Of a DNA stretch of 56,284 nt, positions 1 through 9,831 are shown piece after piece; the first letter of the stretch is position 1, and every line of letters begins with the position of its first letter. The translations under genes and the position numbers were made by a program. Source of the DNA: an uncultured bacterium. GTDB taxonomy: Bacteria; Lernaellota; Lernaellaia; Lernaellales; Lernaellaceae. Where the stretch lies: NCBI GenBank assembly GCA_964534375.1, contig CAZHPN010000012.1:1-56284 (forward strand), written 5' to 3'. The notes under the pieces are model-generated. The model searched no databases. It was not told the origin of the DNA and worked only from the letters and a program-made list of their open reading frames with translations.

Positions 1-1
1 C

Positions 2-310
2 CGTGAACGGGTCAAAAATCTTGCCGGAAATCGGGAGCATTTCCGTTGGCGGCGACAAGTCGTCATCGGCCGGCGCCGTGGGCGAAGTGTCGTCGTCGAG
101 CGGCGCCGTATCGTCATCGTCATCGCTCAGGTCGTCATCGTTGTCGTCGTTGTCATCGTCGTCGGGCGCGGCGTCGTCGTCAATCGGCGCGGAATCGTCG
201 TCGGCCGGCGAGGTGTCGTCGTCGCCGGATTGGCAATTCGCCGGCGTCGGGTTCCCCGCGGAGGTGGTCGGCGAAAAGAGGAACGTAACGAAAGAGATTC
301 CGCCAGCCAT
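2..310 (-). CDS. Asp-rich secreted/surface protein, 5' part only (runs off the window start)
   Basis: Hand translation from ATG at 310: MAGGISFVTFLFSPTTSAGNPTPANCQSGDDDTSPADDDSAPIDDDAAPDDDDNDDNDDD...; in-frame TAG upstream; the poly-Ser ORF 3..353 is its antisense shadow; same SPADDD linker as the lipoprotein at 48837..50615. Confidence 0.7.
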   Translation of the reverse strand, partial: MAGGISFVTFLFSPTTSAGNPTPANCQSGDDDTSPADDDSAPIDDDAAPDDDDNDDNDDDLSDDDDDTAPLDDDTSPTAPADDDLSPPTEMLPISGKIFDPFT

Positions 311-545
311 CAATTGGGGCAGACCGGATTGGAATCCCTCGAATCGCGACTAACACATCGTAAATAAAGAGCAAAGTGAGATACGCGAACGGCGCGAATT
401 TGACGCCAGAGCCGCGCGGGAACCAGCCGCGGCAACGGGAAAACAGAAACTGGCGAAATTCCATCGCCAGCCAGTCGCTCAAAAAATACCGCTTTCCGCG
501 GTCGCCAGCGGTTTTTGCGGCATCTTATGCCGATTGCCGAGCGTG

Positions 546-666
546 GAAACGAATGTCGAATCAGCGCGGCGGTGGGAGTTCTCCATTCTCCATTCGCCAT
601 TTTGCGGGGGACGATCTCGTAAGAATCGATCCATTCGAGAAGATCGACAGTGTCTATAGATCCTAT
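546..666. repeat. Dispersed repeat copy A: heptamer tract plus ATCGACAGTGTCTATAGATCCTAT core
   Basis: Aligns by eye over about 80 nt with copy B near 56150-56232. Confidence 0.65.
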
Positions 667-727
667 GCGTTCCATTCCTCCCGCAGCACATAATCAGCCG
701 CAGCGCAGCGCCGCCGCCCGCTCGCCC

Positions 728-770
728 AAAACAAAAAATGCGGGGCGCCGCTGGCGCGTTCCCCGCATTC
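728..770 (-). terminator. Rho-independent terminator downstream of the 833-6809 operon
   Basis: Minus strand AATGCGGGG...CCCCGCATT stem followed by a T-rich tract. Confidence 0.55.
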
Positions 771-786
771 GATGACGTGTTTCGTA

Positions 787-828
787 TTTTTTCCTTTTTC
801 CTTTTTCCTTTTTCCTTCTTCCTTGTCC
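787..828. repeat. Heptamer tandem tract (CTTTTTC)n
   Basis: Six degenerate 7-mers next to the stop codon at 833. Confidence 0.7.
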
Positions 829-832
829 CGCC

Positions 833-2551
833 TTATTCCGGCGGCGCCGCCTCTTCCTCTTCGTTTTCCGCCGCTTTCTTGGTGCGGCGCGGCGCGGCCG
901 GCTCTTCTTCGTCTTCGCTCGCCGGCGCCTTTTTGCGGCTTTCGGCGCGCGTCCCGCCCTCGCCCGACGAGGCGCGGTGGCCCGACCACGATCCGGGCGT
1001 GACGACGGCGTTCGGCTGCAGATAAACGTAGCGCAGCGCCATCGTCACCGCGTGCATCTGGTGCTGCGTCACGTCGATGCGCAGTTCGTGCCGTGTGTCG
1101 CCGTGTTTCGGCGGCTCGTCGGGGTACGCTTTCGGCGCGTTCATGATGCCGCCGTAGGCGACGGGGTCGTCGGTCTTGTGTTCCTTCAGGAACTCGTTGA
1201 CATCCGGCAGCGGGCCGCCGATCTGCCAACTCGTCAGCTTATGGAACGAGCGGTCGATCGTGTACAGGATGTCGACCATGGCCGGCACGTCGGCGCGCGC
1301 CTTGGCGATGCGGTACGCGGCGATGAGGCCTTCCTGCGCGTAGGCGTGGTTGCGCGTGCGGGTGAGAATATTGTGGGTGTGGATCATCCACCAGGCGAGC
1401 GCCAGCGTGGTGTCGCCGAGCAGCTCGTAGTCTTTCCACTTGGCCTCGTAGTATTCGGCGAACGACATGCTCGACCACTGGTACGCGCCCTTGGTCTCGG
1501 CCGAATCCGCCTCTTCCTTCCACGCCTTGACCGTGTACGTCTCGGCCATCGACCGCGCGGCGCGTTCGATCGTCGGCACGAGGTTCGTATAGTTGAGCTG
1601 CCGCGCCGCCTTGCACATGCTCAGCAGCGTTTCGCCGTTGAAATACGGGCTGGTCTTCTCGGTCGGCCGTTGCTCGTCGAGGTAATAGGCCTTGGCGAAC
1701 AGGCCGTCGCGCCGCTGCATCTTCTGCAGATACGCGAAGTAGCCTTCAAGATGGTCGGTGAGTTGTTTCTTGAATTCGGCCGGGATGTTTTTCTCGGTGC
1801 TGAGATAATCGACGATGGCCAGGTTGATCAGGGCCACGGTGCCCGTTTGTGTTTCTTTCTCTTCCTGATATTTGACCGTCAGCGTGTTGTCCGGCCCGGG
1901 GACCGTGTTGTCGAACCAATACTTGAAGCCCTTGAGCAGCGCCGCCTTCGCCTCCGCCGACGGTTTGTAGCGGTGGCAGATCGCGATGCCCCACAACGCC
2001 CCGGCCTGCCGCACCTGGTTGTCGTCCGGCACCCACGTGCGGGTCAGCCAGTCATACATGTAGTTGAAACTGCCGTCCGGCTTCTGATTGCGGATCATAA
2101 AGCCCGCGCCGAGGTCGAGCGATTTCGTCAGAATGTCGCGGTTCACCGCCAGCTTCATGTACGGCTGCACGTCCGCCGCGCCGGTCGGGATCTCCGAGGC
2201 GATCGCATCTTTGTGCGCGTCCCACCGCAGCGCCTCGTGGATCTTCTTCATCGCCGCCGGAAAATCGTCCGGCAGCGTCGCGACGTCGAGCGGCATCGGC
2301 AGGTTGTCGGCGTTGGCGGCGTGCTTGCGCTTCGAATGTTTTTTGGCCTTCTTCGCCAGCAGCCGCTTTTCCGCCCGCTCCGTCGTGATGCGCTGCACGC
2401 CGACGAACGCCAGCGCGGCCACCAGCGCGACCACCATCGCCAGCAGCGCGTAAAAGACCATATTTTGCTTGCCGGCCGGGGCGGCGGGCGGCCTGGCCGG
2501 GGTTCCCGCGTTCGGCGAATGATTCATTTTCTGACGCGATTTCTTGCCCAT
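833..2551 (-). CDS. Membrane-anchored protein with predicted (alpha/alpha) barrel domain, function unknown
   Basis: Long ORF; RBS GGGAG before ATG 2551; N-terminal TM helix; motifs F-x-Y-x-Y...NQVRQAGALW and LRIDVTQH resemble the six-hairpin-like domain found fused to Mur-ligase/AMMECR1-type proteins; acidic low-complexity tail. Confidence 0.7.
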   Translation of the reverse strand: MGKKSRQKMNHSPNAGTPARPPAAPAGKQNMVFYALLAMVVALVAALAFVGVQRITTERAEKRLLAKKAKKHSKRKHAANADNLPMPLDVATLPDDFPAAMKKIHEALRWDAHKDAIASEIPTGAADVQPYMKLAVNRDILTKSLDLGAGFMIRNQKPDGSFNYMYDWLTRTWVPDDNQVRQAGALWGIAICHRYKPSAEAKAALLKGFKYWFDNTVPGPDNTLTVKYQEEKETQTGTVALINLAIVDYLSTEKNIPAEFKKQLTDHLEGYFAYLQKMQRRDGLFAKAYYLDEQRPTEKTSPYFNGETLLSMCKAARQLNYTNLVPTIERAARSMAETYTVKAWKEEADSAETKGAYQWSSMSFAEYYEAKWKDYELLGDTTLALAWWMIHTHNILTRTRNHAYAQEGLIAAYRIAKARADVPAMVDILYTIDRSFHKLTSWQIGGPLPDVNEFLKEHKTDDPVAYGGIMNAPKAYPDEPPKHGDTRHELRIDVTQHQMHAVTMALRYVYLQPNAVVTPGSWSGHRASSGEGGTRAESRKKAPASEDEEEPAAPRRTKKAAENEEEEAAPPE

Positions 2552-2600
2552 CAACGTCTCCCTAATAGATGTCGTCGCCCGGCTCGCCCGCCGCGGCGGC

Positions 2601-4316
2601 TCAGGCCGGCTTTTTCGGCCACAGGTTCATATCGTGCAGATTCACGACGATCAGCCAGCCCGTGACGGCCAGGAAGCACAGCCCGAGCAGCCAATCGAAC
2701 ATGATGAATCGCGCGTATTCAAAGCGCTGCGACAGCGCGTACGCGTACCAGCCGGCCGGCACGATAAACGCGGTCAGCGCCGGCAACAAGGCCGGCGACC
2801 AGCGTTTGCCGGCCTTCACCCGCCAAAACGGCAGGATCGACAAGATCGACCAATAGTAGTGCGACGGCACGAGAAAGATGTACACGAGCATCGTCGAGAG
2901 CAGCAGCGCGTTGAGGTTGCTGCGCCGCCAGACCGCCGCCAGGAACAACGCCAGGAACAGCACCGCCGCGGCGTAGTACGCGCCGCTCTGGCCCTCGTAG
3001 CTCCGCTTGCGCGCTTTCTCCGACGTCTCGAATTCGTCGCCGAGGCGGTGCGTGAAAATGTGCTGCAGGCCGACGCGGCCCTGGCCGAAAATCATTTCAT
3101 AATTGTGCGTCGTGATCTTCTCGCGCCATTCCGTCCAGCCGCCGAGCCCCTTGCCCGACGTCGCGCCGACGCCCAGCCCCAGCAGGCACACCGCGGCGAA
3201 GGCGATGCCGAATTTCCAGGTGAATTGGTCGAGTTTCTTCTCGGTGACCAGCCGCCGCACGGCCGGGAACGCCAGGCCGCCGACCAGCAGCAGCGGAAAC
3301 ACCTTCGCCATCGTCGCGTAGCCCAGCGCGATCGCCGCCGGAATCGGCCGGCGTTTTTGCACGAAACAGACGCCCAGGACGATCGCCGCGATCCAGTCGT
3401 ATTGGATATAGCCGCCGATCAACCGCGGCGGATTGAACGGCAGCAGCGCAAAGCACAAAAACGCCAGCATCGACGCCTCGGCGCCGAACGCCCACCACGC
3501 CGCGGCGATCATGATGAAATAGAGCGCCAGGTCGAGCGAGACGGCGATCGCCAGTTGCGCGGGGTTGGTCACGTCGAGCGCGCGGCTGAAAATCGCGCCG
3601 ACCGCGTTCCAGAACGGCGTCGGGTTGTAGCCGCGATCGGCGAGGATGCCGCCCCATTGCCGCCGCGGCTCCTTCGCCAGCAAGACGTTCACGTCGCGTT
3701 TGAACTCGTCCCAGCGGGCGTCGGAGAAGCCCGGCGCGCGCTGGGCCGGCACGATCTCCGGCACCGGCTTGACCTGGTAGTCGGTCATGTCGCGAATCGC
3801 CTTCACGTCTTTGAGCCAATTGCGGCCCTCGCGGTCGGCGACGATCGTCTGCGGATACAGGCCCGTATAGCCCAATTCGGGGAAGTATTTCGAGCCCAGA
3901 TAATAGTGATAAATGTTCCAGGTGCGGACCGCGCCGCGGCTGTACATCCGCCCGATGGTTTGGCGGTTCTCGTGCCAGAGCGTCCCGACGAACAACACCA
4001 GCAGCGCGACGACGAACAGCGCCCGTTCGCCCGGCGTCTTCGGCTTGAGAAAATAGCGGCCGGCGACGTAGATCGCGGCCAGCGCGCAGACGAGGAAGCC
4101 GAACCCCTCGGCCGCCACGCCGCCGCCGAAGATGAGGACCAGCAGCGTTGCCGCCAGAAAGCCCGCCGCCGCGATGACGACCGACCGGCGCGTCGTCGCC
4201 GCGGTGAACTTCCACAAGTTGATCCAGAAGATCTTCGTGCGCGCCATTTGCAGAAACGGCCGCCAACGGTCGATCGGCACGATCTTATTGAGCCAACGCG
4301 GTGTCATGTTCGTCAC
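2601..4316 (-). CDS. Polytopic membrane protein, GT-C (GT87-like) glycosyltransferase
   Basis: Many TM segments; large first loop with YHYYLGSKYFPELGY and DRGYNPTP; KVFP motif typical of GT87-like proteins; start could be ATG 4307. Confidence 0.65.
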   Translation of the reverse strand: MTNMTPRWLNKIVPIDRWRPFLQMARTKIFWINLWKFTAATTRRSVVIAAAGFLAATLLVLIFGGGVAAEGFGFLVCALAAIYVAGRYFLKPKTPGERALFVVALLVLFVGTLWHENRQTIGRMYSRGAVRTWNIYHYYLGSKYFPELGYTGLYPQTIVADREGRNWLKDVKAIRDMTDYQVKPVPEIVPAQRAPGFSDARWDEFKRDVNVLLAKEPRRQWGGILADRGYNPTPFWNAVGAIFSRALDVTNPAQLAIAVSLDLALYFIMIAAAWWAFGAEASMLAFLCFALLPFNPPRLIGGYIQYDWIAAIVLGVCFVQKRRPIPAAIALGYATMAKVFPLLLVGGLAFPAVRRLVTEKKLDQFTWKFGIAFAAVCLLGLGVGATSGKGLGGWTEWREKITTHNYEMIFGQGRVGLQHIFTHRLGDEFETSEKARKRSYEGQSGAYYAAAVLFLALFLAAVWRRSNLNALLLSTMLVYIFLVPSHYYWSILSILPFWRVKAGKRWSPALLPALTAFIVPAGWYAYALSQRFEYARFIMFDWLLGLCFLAVTGWLIVVNLHDMNLWPKKPA

Positions 4317-4343
4317 GCTCGTCCGTGTGGATGCGGCCGGCCC

Positions 4344-6809
4344 TTACGCCGCCGCTTTCTTCGCTTTCTTGCCGAACGCCAGGCCCAGCCCGGCGACCAG
4401 CGTCACGACCAGATAACAGGCGATGCCCAGCATCGCAATCAGCAACATGCCGTAGTCGCGCGAAATAATCGACGCCAGCACCGTGCCGAACACCGACCCG
4501 GTGACGGTAATCGCCCAGCACCAGGCCAGCAGGCGCTCCTGGTCCGCCGCGTAAGCCGCAATCGAGAGCGGCACCACGTGGCCCAGGAAAAAGCCGAGCG
4601 CCGCGAACGCGACGAACGCCACGGGCAGCAGCCCCTCGAGCGGCAACCAGAGCAGCAAGCCGTGCGCGAAGATCGGCGTCAACACCAGCAGCAACAAGGC
4701 GCCGGCCGCGGAGACCGCCGCATACCGCGGGATCGCCGCCTCTTTTTTGTCTTCCGGAATGCGGCCCGAGTGCAGGCTGCCGAGGCCCGCGCCGAGGATC
4801 ATGCCCGACAAAATCACAATCAGCGCAATCGTCGGGTGCTGCATGTAAAGCTGATATTTGTACATGCCCGTCATCTCGACGAACATGAACCCGAGGCCCG
4901 TGCAGACGAGAATGACAAACAGTCGCGGGTCCAGCCGCACGCGCTGCCCGGCGTCGCCCTTGCTGACCACGAACGGCAACGCCACGAAGATCGCCGCCAG
5001 CGCCGACATGATGATCAGCAGATCGACGTAGAGGCCGCGGATCATCACTTCCTGCTGCGTCTTGCCGCCGCGGAAACCCGAGCCGTACATGAACGGCCGG
5101 TCGTCGTTGGTCGGGTTGTTGAAGGACGGCCGATTCCGCAGGTTCGCCAGGAGGCCGACCAGCGGTTTGGTCCGCTGGCACATTTGCCGCACCGGCCCGA
5201 GCCATTTCGCGTCGGGCTGCCAGCGTTTCAAATCGGCTTCGGCGATCAGGCCCGCCGCGAGCGCCGGCCGCAGGTCCGGATACTGCACCGTGATGTCCGC
5301 GCCCGGCTTCGTGTCGGCGAGGCGCATCATCTGCACCAGTTCTTCCTGCGTGAGCGGCGCCTTCGTCGCCATCACCATCGACCGATAACCGTACCCATAC
5401 GGCTGCAGGAAAATGACGAAATGATCTTCCGGCTTGTCGATGCCCTCGTAGTGCATGCCGGCGATCACCGACCGGAAGCGGCAGCTTTTGTCGCCGCCCG
5501 TCGGCGAGGTGTCGCGCGAGAAGAACGAGTAGCACAGGTAGCCGTCGGGCCGCAGGTGCGACAGGTACTCGGCGAACGCCTCCTGCGTGAAGATGAAATA
5601 CGGCGACCAGGCCTGCGCCGCGAGGCCGGCGAGCGTGTGGAAATTCACTTCCAACATCTCGATCACGTCGTAACTCTTGGTCGAACGTTTGACGACCGAA
5701 CGCCCGTCGGCGATGTACGGGTGGACCGTCGGCAGCAGGTACGGGTTGCCGGGGTCGTCTTTTTTCTTATTCATGATGTCGCGGACGATCGGCCCGGCGA
5801 TTTCCACGGCGTCGATGTCCTTCAGGCCGAGGTGGTCGGCCATCATCACTTCCTGGCCGCCGCCGGAGGCGATGATCAGCGCCTTGCCGCCGCTCTTCAT
5901 CTGGAACGGCAGCGTGTACATGTCGCGGTCGTACTTCTTGTATTCGGCTTCGTCTTCGTGCGCGTAGAACGTGCGCGAGGTGTTGTCGATCGTGTACATT
6001 TCCTCGCGCGCGCCCGCTTCCGACATCAGCACGACGCGGGCCATCGGCGTCCAGTATTCGCGCTCGACGTGCTTCTCGGCGAACCCCGCCGGGTGCCGAA
6101 TCTTGAAGCCGCCGAAGGCCGTCAGCAGGGCCATGATGAGCACCGGCCCGACCGCGACGGCCGCCGTCGCATTGTCGCGGAGCCGCGTGGCGATCAGGTA
6201 GGCGGCGGGCAGCACGATCAGCAGCACGACCGTGGCGATCGTGCCGGCGAGGCCCAGCGGGTACAGCAGCAGCGGAATCGTCACCGCCCCCGAGGTCGCC
6301 GCCAGCAGATCGACGCCGTAATAAAGCGAGAAGCGTTTCGGCGCGTGGCGGAAAATGAAGGCCTGGATGTAGCCGGCGATCAGGAACGGCAGAAAGACGA
6401 TCGGCACGACGCAATACAGCTTCCACATCGCAAACATTTCCGGGTGGAGCATGAGCATCGTGCTGCGCTTGTTGAACGTGGCGTCCTGCGCGACCTTGCC
6501 CGTGTCCGGGTCTTCCAGAATGCGGGGAATGAACTCGATGTGCAGCAGCACGAAAAACGAGATCACCACCGCCAGCGCCAGCGCCGCGAGCAAGTAAATC
6601 TTGACCTGGTCTTCTTTGTCCTCGGGCGTTTTTTTGCCGAGGTACGCGATGATCGCGCCGGCCCCCGAGCCGAGCAAGGTCAACGAAATCGCCAGGAACG
6701 AGTGGCTCGAGAACAGCACCACGGAAAACACGCGGGTCAACAGCACTTCGATGCCCAGCGTCGCCATCGAGACGACGAACAACACCGTCAGACTGATCTT
6801 TTCTCTCAT
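4344..6809 (-). CDS. Membrane-fused spermidine-synthase-like SAM-dependent transferase
   Basis: N- and C-terminal TM bundles flank a Rossmann domain with LIIASGGGQE, DAVEI, IADGRS, YDVI and FTQEAF..YLSHL.PDG motifs. Confidence 0.8.
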   Translation of the reverse strand: MREKISLTVLFVVSMATLGIEVLLTRVFSVVLFSSHSFLAISLTLLGSGAGAIIAYLGKKTPEDKEDQVKIYLLAALALAVVISFFVLLHIEFIPRILEDPDTGKVAQDATFNKRSTMLMLHPEMFAMWKLYCVVPIVFLPFLIAGYIQAFIFRHAPKRFSLYYGVDLLAATSGAVTIPLLLYPLGLAGTIATVVLLIVLPAAYLIATRLRDNATAAVAVGPVLIMALLTAFGGFKIRHPAGFAEKHVEREYWTPMARVVLMSEAGAREEMYTIDNTSRTFYAHEDEAEYKKYDRDMYTLPFQMKSGGKALIIASGGGQEVMMADHLGLKDIDAVEIAGPIVRDIMNKKKDDPGNPYLLPTVHPYIADGRSVVKRSTKSYDVIEMLEVNFHTLAGLAAQAWSPYFIFTQEAFAEYLSHLRPDGYLCYSFFSRDTSPTGGDKSCRFRSVIAGMHYEGIDKPEDHFVIFLQPYGYGYRSMVMATKAPLTQEELVQMMRLADTKPGADITVQYPDLRPALAAGLIAEADLKRWQPDAKWLGPVRQMCQRTKPLVGLLANLRNRPSFNNPTNDDRPFMYGSGFRGGKTQQEVMIRGLYVDLLIIMSALAAIFVALPFVVSKGDAGQRVRLDPRLFVILVCTGLGFMFVEMTGMYKYQLYMQHPTIALIVILSGMILGAGLGSLHSGRIPEDKKEAAIPRYAAVSAAGALLLLVLTPIFAHGLLLWLPLEGLLPVAFVAFAALGFFLGHVVPLSIAAYAADQERLLAWCWAITVTGSVFGTVLASIISRDYGMLLIAMLGIACYLVVTLVAGLGLAFGKKAKKAAA

Positions 6810-7221
6810 TACTCGCCTTTATGCCGCCGGCCGGCGACGCTCCTAAAGAGCAAACCGGATTCGCCGAGCGGCAGCTCGAAATAACAACTCTTCGCTGGAC
6901 CGGCGACCCGATGGCCCAGTCGGCTAAGGACCGTACTGTATTGGAGACACGGGGGAGAAATCAATGGTCAAAAGAGGGCGTGTACACTGCGGCGCGTGGG
7001 CGTTTACGGCCTCACGCGGAGACGCAAAGAGCGCGGAGAAGACATAAGGCGGCCTCGCGTCGCTCCGCATCTGAACCTGCCACGCGAGTTGGCATGGCGA
7101 CTCCGCGAGACGCTCTCGCCGAAAAACGACGCCACCGTTACGTTGCTTGCGACCGAAGACCGCGCTGTGATTTTCGCCGCGGTTCTGGTACATTGAATTG
7201 TATTTTCTGGAGGGAGCCTCC

Positions 7222-8223
7222 TTGCGTCGAATCTGCGTGGCGGCGATTGCGCTGGTGGCGATGATGGCCGGCACGGCCTGGGCGCGGTCGATCGTGATGA
7301 TCGACAAGCGGCAATCGACCGGCGTCGGGTATCCGATCGAGACCACCAATCAGGTGAAGTTGCCCGACGGCAAGGTCGCGCAGTTGATAACCTGCTGCGG
7401 CCTGGCCCGCGACGATTCGGCCATTTACACGGTGCGCGACGCCGACGGCTACACGATCGTCGACCACAAGTTCGCCGGCGGGCGGTTCGTGCTGACCGGC
7501 GAAGGCCGCCTGATCTGGGTGCAGAAAAGCGGGCCGTCGCTGACGATCACCTTCCACGACGTGCTGCTCCGGGTCATCAAGCAAATCAACCTCGTCGACG
7601 TGCGCTCGCTGGTGTTCGGCGACAAGGGTTCGGTCGCGGCGCTGATCAAGCTGGCCGACGGCCCGGTGCTGCGCATCTACGACAGCGAAGGCCAAAACCG
7701 GTGGGAATTGAAAAACCCGCCGCTCGGCTCCGTGTTTCTGCTGCCCAAAGAGACCCACGTGGCCGTGGCCGCCGACAAAAAGCTCTCGGTCTATCCCCTG
7801 CGCGGCGGCGAACCGCAGACGCTCGACGCCGGCGGGACGATCCAACTGATCGGCTCCGACGCCGCGCAGACGACGCTCATTGTTTCCGTCGATCTGCCCA
7901 CCGGGCCGGAAGTCTGGGCGCTCGATCAAGCCTCGCTGGCGCCCAAATGGAAGCACCCGTTGACCGACACCGTCGACAGCCATTGCCGCAGCGTGGTTGC
8001 CGATTTGTCGCGCACGCTGCCGATCCACCGCGTCATCGCGTTGCTGCTGCGCTGCCCGAGCGAGCGGCGGGCGTATTACGCGGTGCAATTCCTGACCGAA
8101 GACGGCCAACTGCTGGGCCAGGAAAAGCTCGGCGAACGTGTGGAGACAACGTTCTTCGAAGTGAAGAGCAACATCGCGATCGTCTCCGACGGCTTCCTGT
8201 ACAATTTCGCAGTGAAGGACTAG
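7222..8223 (+). CDS. Secreted hypothetical protein (beta-rich, possibly beta-propeller)
   Basis: GGAGGGAG RBS before TTG 7222; signal peptide MRRICVAAIALVAMMAGTAWA; GC3-biased codons. Confidence 0.7.
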   Translation: MRRICVAAIALVAMMAGTAWARSIVMIDKRQSTGVGYPIETTNQVKLPDGKVAQLITCCGLARDDSAIYTVRDADGYTIVDHKFAGGRFVLTGEGRLIWVQKSGPSLTITFHDVLLRVIKQINLVDVRSLVFGDKGSVAALIKLADGPVLRIYDSEGQNRWELKNPPLGSVFLLPKETHVAVAADKKLSVYPLRGGEPQTLDAGGTIQLIGSDAAQTTLIVSVDLPTGPEVWALDQASLAPKWKHPLTDTVDSHCRSVVADLSRTLPIHRVIALLLRCPSERRAYYAVQFLTEDGQLLGQEKLGERVETTFFEVKSNIAIVSDGFLYNFAVKD

Positions 8224-8390
8224 CGGCCTTCCCAGGATTTTTTCAGCGCGAAGGCGCCAAGAACCTGACGCGGCCCGTCCGAGCCCCAAACAAAATCCAC
8301 AAATGTCGGCAGTGGCCGCCGCCTTTCGCGGGTCAACGTGCCACGAGCGACATTGGGGACGGCTCGCGCCTGCCTGGCTTCTGCCCGCCG

Positions 8391-8453
8391 TCTTCCTTCT
8401 TCCTTCTTCCGACTTCCGATTTCTGGCTTCTGACTTCTGACTTCTGGCTTCTC
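8391..8453. repeat. Heptamer tandem tract drifting from TCTTCCT to ACTTCTG
   Basis: Nine degenerate 7-mers between convergent genes. Confidence 0.75.
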
Positions 8454-8580
8454 GGTTATCTTGATATCAATTTGCGCCCGCAAACGGCGCGGAACGTCAT
8501 TTTCCCCATGGCGATGAACGATATATGGTCGCGGTCAATGGGCCGAATTAGGTAAAATTACGAAACAAAGCCAATTTCCC

Positions 8581-9576
8581 CTACTGCTCTACGCGCCCGA
8601 AATGCAGGCAACCGTCCAGGTATTCCTGCGTGACCTTGCCCTGCTCTTCCAGCAATTCGAGGTAGCTGACAACTTCGGAGATCCACAGGAACAGGTCGAA
8701 GTCGGGCAGATCGGGGGCGATTTCGAGCGCCAGTTCCCAGGGCGTTTTGGGCCATGTCGCCAGCCGCGCCAGCAGTTCGTCGCAGCGGCGGTAGTGGTGG
8801 CGCAGCGTCTTCTCGGCGGCGACGCGCAGTTGCACAAACGGCTCGCCGTGGCCCGGCAGCGCGAGCGTCGCCTCGGAATTCATCAGCCGCTTGAGGGTCT
8901 TCATGTGCATCAACACGACCCGCGGCCGAACGTCTTCCGGCGACGGCGGGCGGGCCATCAGGATGCTCGGGGCGACGCGCGAACCGAGGGTGTCGCCGAC
9001 GAACAGCAGCCGGCGCTCGGGCGACTCGAAGCAGGCGTCGTGCGGCGTGTGGCCGGGCGTGTGCATCACCTTGAGGGTGAAGTCGTCGAAGGGGATTACG
9101 TCGCCGTCGGCCAGCGGCAGGTCGAGGTCGACGCGGCAGCCGACCTTTACGTAGTCGCGGCCGGCGGCCATGAACGAGGCGATCCGCTGCTGGGGCGCGC
9201 CGCAATAGCTGAGGAAGTGCTTGAAGTAGTTGTCGTTCGCGTCCCATTCCAGGGAAATGTCTTGCAGGAACGGCCGCGCGCCGGCGATGGCGGCCAGTTG
9301 CGCGCCGGACTCCATCTTGATGCGCGCCGCGAGGCCAAAGTGGTCGATGTGCGGGTGCGTGATAAGAATCCGCTTGATGTCCGCGAACGAATACCCGATC
9401 GACTGCAGGTGAGCGTGCAACTCGCCGGCGACGGCCTCGAGATTGGGCCCCGTGTCGATCAACGTCGGCCGGTTGTCGGCGATGAAATATACGTTCGTGG
9501 CGCCGACCGGAAAAGGCGTCGCCAGGCTAAAACAGTAGATTTGATCGTCGATTTTTTTGAAGCGCTTAGGCGCCAT
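8581..9576 (-). CDS. MBL-fold metallo-hydrolase with C-terminal winged-helix-like domain
   Basis: LIDTG, THPHIDH, HTPGHT, VGD and PGHG motifs; start uncertain (9576 or 9627). Confidence 0.85.
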   Translation of the reverse strand: MAPKRFKKIDDQIYCFSLATPFPVGATNVYFIADNRPTLIDTGPNLEAVAGELHAHLQSIGYSFADIKRILITHPHIDHFGLAARIKMESGAQLAAIAGARPFLQDISLEWDANDNYFKHFLSYCGAPQQRIASFMAAGRDYVKVGCRVDLDLPLADGDVIPFDDFTLKVMHTPGHTPHDACFESPERRLLFVGDTLGSRVAPSILMARPPSPEDVRPRVVLMHMKTLKRLMNSEATLALPGHGEPFVQLRVAAEKTLRHHYRRCDELLARLATWPKTPWELALEIAPDLPDFDLFLWISEVVSYLELLEEQGKVTQEYLDGCLHFGRVEQ

Positions 9577-9831
9577 CGGTCGCCCGTTTCGTGCGGTTGC
9601 CTCACGGCGCGGCAAATTCGCGCTCATGCCGTTTCTTTTTTCTCCCCCGTCGTGGAACCTGCGCCGAACGACGGCGCATTGTTGTCGTTTCGCCGTGGAT
9701 TGGCAAGCGAGAATCCCGGCGCCTTGTTCGCCGGCCACTCGGCCTTGCCGTGCCGCCGCGTCGGCGCAGGCATTGGCATTGGGCGATGAACGTGGTAAAC
9801 ACCAGAATGGCAACCACAATTCGAGAATACC

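Noticed and set aside
3..353. Poly-Ser ORF on the + strand
   Set aside because: Antisense shadow of the Asp-rich (GAC/GAT) minus-strand gene.
2544..6884. 1446-aa + strand ORF
   Set aside because: Antisense to two membrane-protein genes with recognisable motifs; Arg/His-rich composition typical of GC-rich shadow frames.
6810..7221. ncRNA or small ORF in the divergent intergenic region
   Set aside because: No recognisable RNA family motif, and the short ORFs lack an RBS or coding bias.
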